From assembly GCF_018977255.1 (NCBI RefSeq), contig NW_024704742.1:34288001-34352000 (forward strand): 64,000 nt of DNA, given 5' to 3'. Made by a program: the position numbers and the translations under genes. Position 1 is the stretch's first letter. Each line of letters opens with the position of its first letter. Origin of the DNA: Callorhinchus milii. Its lineage: Eukaryota. Positions 1 to 10,985 of the stretch are shown in pieces. The notes beneath the pieces were generated by a model that saw nothing but the letters and a program-made list of their open reading frames with translations, searched no databases and was not told where the DNA came from.

Positions 1-271
1 GTGAAGATACTATATGCAGTAAGTACAATTTGTTCTTGTTATTCCCTGTTGATGTTTAGTCAGAATATCTTGTCATTCAGGACAATGGATAATTTAAAAC
101 CAACAGATAGTATTGAACAACCCATATTAATGACTGTGGTTACCTGTGATTGATTGCTTTGAAAGACATCCCAATTCTCAGAATAGCTCCTTTGGATGAG
201 GCCAAAGAATGTAAACCATGAGTGTAAACCTAGGACTGTCTTATCCCATGTCACTATTCAATACCAACAGT

Positions 272-770
272 AAATTGCATTTATATGTGGCTTTCACATA
301 GAGTAAGATGGAGTCCTGTAGCTCAGTGGTTACAGCACTCACCTAGCAAGTGAGACACCTGGGTTCAATTCCAGACAGGGCGAAATCTTGGGCAAGTTTC
401 CTTACTCCACACGCCTAATAATAATCCCTCCAAAAAACAAAAACAATAATAAATTGGTCCTTTTGAATCCATGACTGTTAGTGGGACACTGCTGTGCACA
501 ATTGGCTGCCGCGTTTCGCCCACAAAATATACGGTCAATTCACTTTACAGTTTATTCTGTGAAGCACTTTCAGATGTTGAGATGACATGAAAAGTGCTAT
601 ATCAAATGCAAGGATTATTATTATTAAGATCTCAAAGTCTTTACAATGAGAGGGTTGGACTCTGAGCAAGGGAGAAAGGAGAAGAGGGAGAAAGAAAGAG
701 GGAGTTGTTTGCAGGCATGTTCGAGGAGTTTTAATGTGGGATTTAAAGATAGATAGAGAGAGGGCAAGAC
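272..770 (-). mobile_element. Old L2 LINE 3' remnant, split by the SINE at 311-624
   Basis: Starts aaattgcatttatat (reverse complement of the L2 tail). Resumes after the SINE with ctcaaag... and gtgggatttaaagatagatagagagaggg, which matches the L2 remnant at 2199-2520. Confidence 0.6.
311..624 (+). mobile_element. tRNA-derived SINE, family A (internally deleted copy)
   Basis: A box tagctcagtgg, B box gggttcaattcc, core gggacactgctgtgcacaattggctgcc, tail caaatgcaagg(att)n. TSD taagat at 304-309 and 625-630. Confidence 0.92.
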
Positions 771-1222
771 TTTTTGATTCAAAAAGAGAAGGGAGTTTCT
801 CCCAGTGTCCCGTTCAACAAGACCCCTGATTAATTAATCATTCACCTCAAGCTACAAGAGACTGCAATCATACCCAGCAGATGGAAAAAGATGGCATCAC
901 TAGAATATGTACTCCTTCACTTCCAACCAATCCCCACCCATCCTACCCACCCCCTCCCCCCCCCACCCCGCCCAGACACACAGTGCAAGAGAATGTTAAT
1001 GTCCCTCACACCATTACCAGTGTTCAGATATTTAGACTTGATGTTTTGCAAAGACTTTTACAAAAATAAGTAAACCAAAATTAAAAACGGGTGCAAAGAA
1101 AATATTTTGCAGATTCGCAAAGATTGAGCCAGAATAAAACGTTCCACTAAGTTTTTGGCCTGTTGTTACCTTGGGTTAGAATAACACATCTCATTAGGAA
1201 AGACCCTCCTTCCTATACATAA

Positions 1223-1480
1223 GGAGAGAAATTCCATCTGCGTCTAGATTCACTCCACTTATGCAGCATTTGAGACTGTATGGAATTTGGCAAAATAATA
1301 ACCACAGTCTTAATTTTGAAGCCAGTTTTCTGTAAATTCTTTCAAGAACTACAGAAAAATGACTTCAAAGTAAAAATTGAATGAAACAGTTTGCCAAATT
1401 CTGGACATGCTACTTTAAAATTTTAAAAAAGCGACATAAACAGAGAGAATAAATCCAGACCCAAGTGAAATTTCTCTGCC
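1223..1480. mobile_element. Fold-back MITE (non-autonomous DNA transposon, possibly PIF/Harbinger-like)
   Basis: Three nested inverted arm pairs: gagaaattccatctgcgtctagatt / aatccagacccaagtgaaatttctc; gaatttggcaaa / tttgccaaattc; tttgaagccagttttctgta / tacagaaaaatgacttcaaa. A related copy lies at 27476-27620. Confidence 0.75.
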
Positions 1481-2198
1481 AAGGGATTTTGCCATTTACA
1501 CTGTTTCTTCACAAATTGAGGGCTTGCTGAATAACTGCAGTAGTAGGGGTGGGGATATGTAATGTGATATTTATCCCCTGTAATAATTATCACAGTTCAA
1601 GACAAGTCAATGTAGGATCTTCCTGACAAAAGGGCTAAGTAAATCTTCGACCTGTTACTGAAAGTGGAACGTACAACAGAATAGCAAATCGTGCGGCTAA
1701 CTACTGTATCATTTAGTGAATGGACACTTAAGCCTCACTTGCGGTACATGCCACTTCACCAAGTTAATAATGACAAATCATGCAACCAATGAATCAAAAT
1801 AACCTCCGAGGTCAGGAGGTCGACAATAGAGCAGCAATTTTTGAAAGTTCTTTGGGGGAATTGTTTAAATTTCTGTAAACATTTTTAATTTGGTTGTTTG
1901 TTCCTGTAATTAGAAATTGGTGGTCAATAGCTCTAAGCATTACAGCCAGTCAGTCACACAGCAATGATATGGGTTGTTACTTGGTGGCTGTGTATGTGTC
2001 GTATTCAGTGGATGTCATCCAGAAACATGTGTGGTCATTTTCATGACATACAAGTGAATTCACAAGACACTTCAAAGCCAATTATTATTGTGGCTGTCAA
2101 ATCTATTAGTTGCAGTTTAGATGGATATATATTCTGTTTGTTAGCACGTCAAAAATGTTCTGATTTCCCACTCCTTCCACCATCATTCGTTTGAACAT

Positions 2199-2520
2199 TA
2201 CAACATCAACAACACCAACTTGCATTTGTATAGCGACCTTCACATGAGGTAGCTCGGAACTCTGCACAGTAACAAGGTTAGACCCCGAGCTAATGAAAGA
2301 GGAGAGGTGGGAGGCGACCACAGGTGTGGTAGAAGAGATAGGTCTTAAGGTGGGATTTAAAGATAGATAAAGAGGGGGCGAGGCAGGCAGTTAGGGTGTT
2401 AGGGTGTAGTGGCGGAAGGCACAGCCCTCGATGGTGGTAAAGTGTTCTGGGGATGTGTACCTATACCAGCTGAGTGAAAGAGGCGAGAGGAAGTGTGGGG
2501 TACGAGCATTTCAATGGCGT
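2199..2520 (-). mobile_element. L2 LINE 3' remnant, (GTT)n-tailed subfamily
   Basis: caacatcaacaacaccaacttgcatttgtatagcg is the reverse complement of the tail seen at 55737-55770, followed by purine-rich antisense ORF2 end. Confidence 0.7.
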
Positions 2521-4564
2521 TCATTTTTTTTGCGCAAATGTCACTTACTTTATATGTAAACAATGCAATTGTGTTATATTTTAACTGAGCAATGATTATA
2601 TGTAAATCAAGTGGTGTAAATGCATTCATTATTTTAAAATGAAGCTTTTAAGTGCAACTGTAAAAAGTCGCAGGCTTCTTGAATAGTATATACTACTGTA
2701 TACATAATGAGGCAAAAGATCTGATATTTCTTAACAAATTTGATGCGATAAATATGAAAGTCATTTTTCCCCCCAATAAAAAATCACATTATGAAAACGC
2801 ATCTCTGATTTGTTTATAAAACACACAGTCACAACACTCCATCCTGCACCAGGTTACATTTTTTCGCTTGAATTTATGCAAGTTCAGTTACAGTGGGTCA
2901 CGGTTTATCCAAACAGGTGGGAATGAGTAAACTGTTCAAATAACTGACTGCGTGCAATGTATTTAAACAATTCATTCCTCCAAACAGTATAGAAACTGTT
3001 ATATGAAGATATAACTGGAAAAGTTGCATCAAAGCGTGTGAAACCACTGATTTATTGTAATTTTCTAATAAAAGCAAAGCATTTAAACTTTTGTCAAAAC
3101 AACTGAGTGCACCAAGTATCTCCACTATTTTAACAACAGAGTATTCTGAGAGGTTCAGATAAGCAGTCACATTGGACAAGCAGTGTTCAGTTCAATGACT
3201 TTCTAGTATATAAATACAATTTCTTTTCATTTCCCAAACATTTTCACACAGGATTTTGCAGTGTATATTGAACACGTTAATTATATCTTAAAGAGTATTG
3301 TAAATGTTTTGAGCAAATCTGTTTGAGATTTGTTGCCGTTCAGCCTCTTTTCCTACGCTTACATCTTCAAAATCATAAGTGCATCTGCCCGTTTTGTAAA
3401 TAAATCTTAAATCCTTTTATGAAGCATCAAGGACATTTTCTCCTGGGTGTATAAACAACTTAAGGCTTGGGAACGCAATAAATATCTTTACTTTTCTTGT
3501 GCAGTTCTGGAGAGGTAGTATCCTAGTGCTGCATGTGACTCAGCTTTCAGTATTAACTGTACTTGAAGCCAGAAAAGGTGCCGTTAATCCCTTTTTCCAT
3601 TCTATTGAATAATTGTGACTGGTGTTTTGACCAATTAATATATATCATCTCAGGGTTTTTAAAGGGAACCTTACCCGCACTCCAGTGCTGAAGTTATTCA
3701 TTGCATTAAAGAACGGGGCTTACAATTAGAGAATCATGAAATGGTTTTCCTCACATTCACCCAAAAGAAACAGTGAAATTCCCACAGAGACTGTAACTTC
3801 TCACCACTCTGGTCTGAAGGCTGAGAAACAGACAGTTTTACTGACAGCTAAACAGAGCTGCCAGAAACATTGAAAGAGGTTTCCCCTTTCCTTACAGGCT
3901 CTGCGGTCGTGTACTTTTTCTTGACTTCTTGCTGGTGATTTCCCTTAAAACAATTCACTCGTTTGCTATCGCCACATCTTCACAATGGTCGAAGCTGCAT
4001 TTAAGGTCCGTTTGCTCAGTTTGATCAATGTGCAGAATTTCATTTTATTAGAAAAAGTTAAACTCAGAACAAAACTATTTAACTCAAAAGAATCCACCCC
4101 ACTTGCCCCCAACACACACACATATGTTTCAAAAGGTGGGAAAAAAGGCAGAATAGAAGTTGTTATTGACACAAGCTTTCAATCATATGCACAGGATAAT
4201 AAATGGAAGCAAGGAACCAAATATCGCTTCTTAATCAAGGTCTGGCTTTAAAATATGATCCCACGGGTTGGATAGTGAATGAATGCTGGCCTTGGTATGA
4301 GTTTTATAACTTGAGTTTCTTTTCAATGTTCATCAGGTATCAAAGCTCAGAAAGAACGGTTCATGCTTTACTGTATGTGTGCTGTGTATAAAGGTGTAAT
4401 AAAGAAATTGTCAGATTGCTTTGCTTATTTATTTTCTCTGATACTTTTGGCATTAAAGATAAAGATAAGCAAAGTACATTTTTAAACAATCCCATTCTGC
4501 AAACAGGAAAATCACACTTTTATGTCTACATTGGAATAGTCTCAGAATTTTCTTTAAGCATTTT

Positions 4565-4995
4565 GGACTTCTAGCCCAGATCGAGACTTCAGCGTAATAA
4601 AAATAATAATAATAATAATAATAATCCTTGCATTTGGTATAGAGTCTTATCACATCTTTGAGACGTCTCAAAGCGCTTCACAGAATATACTGTAAAGTGA
4701 ATTGATTGTATATTTGTGTAATCTCAATTTGTGTGGTGTTCGCTTGCACATGGGGTCCAACATGGGTTGATCTTAACTGGATTCCTTCATAAGGAAACTG
4801 GAAATAAATTACATCGGCTCGTAGAAACTCTGCTTGGCCGCAGCCTGATATGTGTGATATCCTTCCAGTTACAGGGATGAATCCCTGTTTATTAAGGCAT
4901 CCTGTTAGAAATTAGCCCACGTTAAACCCTACATAGAAGCGAATATCACCCAGATTGAGATTGTATTGAAGTTTAGATCCGGGTTGAAAGTCAGA
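4565..4995. repeat. Unclassified fold-back repeat, interrupted by a SINE tail
   Basis: Left arm gacttctagcccagatcgagacttca...aatctcaatttgtgtggtgttcgctt...taactggattccttcataa mirrors right arm ttattaaggcatcctgtta...aagcgaatatcacccagattgagatt...tgaagtttagatccgggttgaaagtc. Confidence 0.7.
4598..4717 (-). mobile_element. SINE family A 3' fragment
   Basis: (taa)n-tccttgcatttg...gagacgtctcaaagcgcttcacagaatatactgtaaagtg. The motif gtaat occurs on both sides (probable TSD). Confidence 0.9.
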
Positions 4996-5078
4996 GTTTA
5001 TTTTCCCTGTATTTCCTAAGTACAAAAGACATAAATATTTTCTTCATCTTGTGCAAATACTTCCCAAATCATTTTTGA

Positions 5079-5111
5079 ACACACACACACACACACACAC
5101 ACATACACACA
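5079..5111. repeat. (CA)n microsatellite
   Basis: acacacacacacacacacacacacatacacaca seen directly. Confidence 0.95.
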
Positions 5112-8100
5112 GAATTGCTTGTTTCCAAAGCTTTGCTGGACAGCTGTCAATCATTGGATCACAAACGTATCCTGCTGTGTCGCCCATCAATCTCACCACA
5201 CTTTCCCAGAGACCTCTTAGCGTAGCATTTTTGTTCTGTTTTTAGATAAACAGATCGGATTTCTTAACAAACAGGCTGCTACAGTCCTTTTGATAACATT
5301 GTAATAATTCAAAACAAATGATTCCTCTCTTTGATGATAGCACTTTTATGGGTCACGAAGAAATCCTCCCACCAACATCTGTTTGATTTTATCTACTTGA
5401 ACTTTATCCTCCATTTGAAGATTTATAAGCTGAAATCATCCCAGGCTATTAAAGTCAGCCTAATGTTGAGGCACTAACAGTAAAGAATGAAAGTGCATCT
5501 CACAGCCTTATACTTTTTTTTGCACATCATGTTTCAAGTGAAAAAACTTTTAGTGAATTAAAAAAAACTTTAGACAATTACACTGCCTGCTGAAATTTGG
5601 TCTCCTGAGGGGAACACTCCATCGACTCCGATGGTAAGAAAGTCTCTTGTGTCTGTAACATAAATGTTTTCCAAGTTATTTGCATGCACTTTAATGGAAT
5701 AAAAGCTTTTTCGAAGCAAGCATGTTTACAATTGCCTTCCGTTTATTTAAAACTAACAGACAGAACTCCACAGTCGGCAGTGCCTGCAAACCAAGAAATG
5801 TAGTTTCATTTACTTTTTTGTGCATTTATTTCAATCATGACAGAACCCGCAATCGTTGAAAAGGAATTATTAAAATCATTTGCAGGGCATTACTACTGAT
5901 TGAGTTGTTTGAGATAGGATGTTTCATCTGGTATTTGTTTTATGCCGATTTCCATTGCTTATGAGCCAAAACCTAGAAATACAAAATCTTCTGGCTATTT
6001 AAACACAAGGTGAATAAAGAAACAATTTTGACACTTATAATAACAATGAAACGTCAAATGATTTTACTTTAAGAAATGTACAACACGATCTGTCTCTATA
6101 TAGCAAACATAAGCCTGTATTCACACAAAGAAAAAAACATTGTGATAGAGGGGAGAATTGGCTTATGTTGTTAACTTGTATTGTGTGAAGCTCAGTGATA
6201 GTGGCACATTAGAGACCCTTATGTACCAGTGAAGCAGTTGTCGAGATTGCATTTTGAAGCGCAATATGATGATAAATTACCATGATTCAAATAGGAAAAT
6301 CCACATTCCTCATTCTTGATTAGGATCAAACAATTGCAAAAAAAACTGCTGACAATAAAATACATTTAATATTGCTACCAGTTTCTGCACACTTATTATA
6401 CTGAGTAAGTGACATTAAAAAGCTGTGCAATAAAAATGATTTGGTTCATTGTAAGTGAATGTACATGCTGGCTTTAATTTTGCATCACCCAGGTTCCATA
6501 TTGTGAAACTCTTCTCTAGTTTAGTGAGTCAAATCACGACACCATTTTCAATGAGCAATACTGGAAGCAAGATATTTTTTTTATTTTAATTTACTTTGTT
6601 GTTGAATTTGAAATAACAAATACATACACTCATCATATCTTATTCCATAAGAATATAAACGCAGAGTTAAAAAATTATTTCACCCCATGGACGATAAATA
6701 TCTTTTATGGCTTGTACCATATGACTGTGCACTGAGTACTTACACTTGAAACATTAAACCCTTTATTGGAGGGTATATGATGAAACAGTATAGTGCGCAG
6801 CACATAGCATAAAACTAGCACGGATTGTCTTATTGTTTTATTCTAAAATGGAGTCTTATAAATGATATATCGCATTTTGGCAGCTCACAAAATCTACGAT
6901 GCAGCTGAGCATTTGGCTAACCGTTCCCTCGCTATGAACAAGAGGGCTTTTCTTGTGTTCCTGTGTGTCTCATCCGCTTGGCTGAAATCTCCCCCCATCC
7001 CCCAGCGTCGACTGTTTTAATAAAAGTGACCTCATTTATCACGCACATCAGGCATCCACGTGATGTTATTCCTGTTGATCTTTAAGACCTGCTTTCAGTT
7101 TGGGGTTCACTAAAATCTACTTCAGTTGTACGAACTGGCTGTAAGCCAATCTTTGGCTGCCTCCATTCCCCAAACTCCTCCATCACTCTAAGATGGAAGG
7201 TGGGGTGGGTGGCAAAAAGCAGTCTTTTTTTATGTTTGAACTTTTAAAAAGTCACCATTAATATTCACACAAGAGAAGAGGCAGGACATATGTTTGCACT
7301 TTTCTTTCGCTGAGTATTTTTTTAAGAGAAGGTTTATCTTCAGAATATTTTTAATCAATGGAATTTACTGATCTGCCCAAATCGTTGTCCCCAGTGTGTC
7401 GTGTTAATTTCATTTTGCTAAAATTTCCAGTGGCTCGCAAATGGTGAATCCCATAATGGAAAAGTCTGTGAAAAAGGCCAGAGAGCAAAACCGACAGCCT
7501 TTCTGTCAAACTTTTCCTCTCCAGCCTCTTCTTGGACTTGCAGGCCGCACGCTTGTGCAATGAAATTCAGGCAAGTCTGTCAAAAAAAAGGAATAAATAC
7601 AAATAATAAATGTTTGAACTATAGGAAACATCACAAAAGAATAATACAGCAAAGGTGCTCAATTTAATGTGAGCACCTTTGCTGGTTTGCCCATGAAGAT
7701 TGGAAACTTGGACAATGTAGCAGAGGTCCCTGCTGGCACCAGTGGAAGTAGACCCCATCAAGAATCAATGCCTTCAGGGAAAAGAGAGGAGGAAAAATTG
7801 GGGTTGGCAGAAGTGGGGGGGGAAACTGTAATAAAAACCACGGTGTCGTCTGCAGTTGTTGTAGCTGTGAGAAAGCGGCGGCTTTATTGATTAGTGCAGG
7901 AGTCCTGTTCATTGGTGGCACTGTGGTTGCTAAGAAAACATTTACTGTTTTTAGTGCGTGATATTCTGTAGCGCGATCGTTGCACAGGAACCAGCTGTTG
8001 CAGTTTAAATGTTCAGTGTGTTCTGCTGTGTCCATATAAGGAGCAGAAATCTCATGAGCCGAACAATACAGATCATGATTTAATACACTGCATACATGAA

Positions 8101-9129
8101 GGTAAATACCTCCATCTGACAGTGCCACTTTTTAACCATTGATCTTGTTAGGTAAACATGGGCAGCAAATTTTCTCAGTAAATGAGCAATTTAGTTTATT
8201 GCTATTACTGTATTTTTTTGTAATATTTGTATCTATAACAATTTAGCTCCCCTAATCAAGGGAAAGTCTTCAAAATACTATGATACCGTTCACCGGGATT
8301 GAAGGCATATTTGTTCTTGATAGCAACCTGCATCACAGCCATTATAATAATCTTTGCATTTGATTAATCCTTACATTTGATGCAACGCCATTTATGTTAG
8401 GAAGATGTCTCAAAGCGCTTCATACGTTGCACGGTAAAGAGTGCTGATTCTAGTTTGCAGTAGGCAAACAATGCTCTTTGCGAAGGTCAATGATTCTCTC
8501 AGTCGTTGCTGTGCACTGACAGATATCTATAAAGCTGCTCTGGGTGAACACATGTAAAATATCAAATGAAAACTGAAATGATTTATTCCTGAATCCGCAT
8601 GTCAACTGTACAATGGGATTTAATGCAATCATATCAAATCTGGCATATTTTATAAACGAAACACTGTGAGCTGCTATTTAGCATTAAAGGCATTCTTTTC
8701 CCACCTTCTCCACCTCACCCCGCACCAATAAAAAGATATGGAACAAATGTTTGAAGCTGTTAAATGTGGTCTTCTTTTTCCCACTATAAGTGCTTATCAT
8801 CAACCTTGCTACACAAAAATTCACCTACAAAACTGCACAATCACTGCACCTTACACTGTGAATTGCTTTGAGACATTCTTCCAAGAGGAAAGGTGCTAAA
8901 TCAAACGCAAAGACTATTATTGTTATTATCATTATAAATTGCAAGGGTAATTTTATCCCCCAAAATCTTTCTGTTTCAAGGGAAAACATATTTTAAAAGA
9001 AGCTTAACACAAATCATCGTTGATTGAATCTATTAGTTCATACACCTTTCATTTGGCAAATCATTTCGCAAACTCACTCACAAAATAATCACAAGCACAG
9101 AGAGACACCTCAGAAATCACAATTGTGTA

Positions 9130-9573
9130 TCAGCCCATCTCAGTATTAGCACTCTTGCCTTTGAATCAGAAGTTTGTGGGTTCAAACCCCAGATGGGGAC
9201 TTGGAATCACATAACCTACACTGACACTCCAGCATAATGCTAGGCGGGTGTTGCATTGTCAAAGGTGCCGTCCTTCAGATGTCACATTTAAACCGAGGTC
9301 ATGTCCCGTCTGCCTGTTCAGGGGATAGTAAAGATTCCTTGGCATTATTCGGAAAGAGAAGGGAGTTTCTGCCAGTGTCCTGGCTAACATTACCCCAAAT
9401 AAAATGAGTCGCTCATTCCATGGCTGTTTGTGGGCACATTGCTGTGCAGAACTGGTTGCCGCATTTTGCCCACAAAATACACAGTCAATCCACTTGATAA
9501 TATATCCTGTGAAGCGCTTTGATATGTCTTGACATCATGAAAAGGTGCTATATCAAATAGAGGGATTATTATT
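9130..9573 (+). mobile_element. tRNA-derived SINE, family B (Deu-SINE/SacSINE1-like), near full length
   Basis: Head tagcactcttgcctttgaatcagaag...gggttcaaaccc, body ggtgccgtccttcagatg...aaaccgagg, core attgctgtgcagaactggttgcc, (att)n tail. Confidence 0.88.
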
Positions 9574-10546
9574 AGTATGCACTCAAGTTAAATTCATCAG
9601 TTTACAAATTCTATTCATGTTTTAGTTGAGTTTAATATGTCAAATAAACATATATTTATGGATCCTACAACATTTCAATTCATCCAGGGGAGGAATCAGT
9701 GTATCAGCACTGTGCCTTGATATCACAACAATGTATATCCCAAGACTGAGCACTTGGAACATTATTAGGATTTAATTTGTAAGTCAGCATGCTGCAAGTA
9801 TAAATGTTTGACTTCTAATGTATTTCCTTGTTTTAATGCAGTTGGCAACAGGGTTTAACGGAAGCTCCTTTCTTAGCCTAATAGTTGATGACTGGTTCAT
9901 ACTACTCCTTAATTGATCTGAACAGTCTGTCCTCCTTCCTCCACATTTCTGTACACTAGATTTTTTATGTTTCAAATGCAGGGATATCTGTATAAATAGG
10001 CTTTGCTCTGAGTGTGAAGACAAATCTAGATTTTGCTGTGGTACTTCTAGCCAACTGATGAAAACCACTTGCAGTTACTACTATGCCCATAAAATTGCAC
10101 TCTACAGTAAATCCTGTAAAGCGCTTTGAGACATCCTCACAAGGTGAAAGGTGCACACTATAACAAATGCAAGGATTACTATTGTCATTGTATATCCCCC
10201 TTTCATTTTCTGTAAGTGTTTGCTGTCTCTTTTATACATGTTATTTTCATGTTAATTATTCAATATTTATTGGTCAGTAAAATAACTTTTCGAAAAATGA
10301 ATGCCGTAAGCTCTAAAGCAAAAGAGTTTAGAAAATTTTATAATTTTTNACATTTTCCAAACAGCAGCTGATTTATATTTATAGAACTACAAAAGCGCAT
10401 GGGATCCAATAGGAATAATGAATGTGAAGAAACATGTATGTCAAGGTATTAAAACACCAGTGTTTTTTTTATCACTAAGTTCTGCATTGTGCCAAAACAG
10501 TCCCTGGCACGATAAAGCCTCTGATATCATTCATGTTGACTGATTT

Positions 10547-10985
10547 GTGGCTCAGTTGGTAGCTCTTTTGCCTGTGAGTCGGAAGATTGTGAGTTCAAGA
10601 ACCACATGGGGACTTTGAGCTCACAGTCTAGGCTGACAATCCAGTGCAGTACTGGGAAGCGCTGTATTGTCAGAGGTCCCAACTTTCGGATGAGATGTTA
10701 ATGCCAGGTCCCATTTGCCTGTTGTCTGCCTCAGGTGGATATTAAAAGTCCCATTATCCTACTCGAAAAGAGAAGGGAGTTTCTCTTGGTGTCTTGTCAT
10801 GAACAGCAATCCGCCAAATTTAATTAATTCAATGGCTGTTTTGTGACCATTTGTGGGGACATTGCTGTGAGCAACTTTGCTGTCATATTTACAAATACAT
10901 AGTCAGTGAACTTTACAGGAAAGTCCTATGAAGTGCTTTGATGATGTGATAAGTTGCTACATCAAAATGCAGGGATTTAAGATTA
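10547..10985 (+). mobile_element. SINE family B, near full length
   Basis: gtggctcagttggtagc A box, gagttcaag B box, same body, core and tail as 9130-9573. Confidence 0.88.

Noticed and set aside
311..382. tRNA genes at 311, 14413-14485, 35257 and 48583
   Set aside because: Each continues into the same SINE body and tail, two have TSDs, and each carries stem or loop lesions. They are SINE heads.
7664..8128. 154-aa ORF and the overlapping 73-aa ORF
   Set aside because: No recognisable domain or convincing splice context. The region looks non-coding.
10349..10349. Single N bases at 10349 and 25979
   Set aside because: Both follow homopolymer runs and are assembly ambiguities, not biology.
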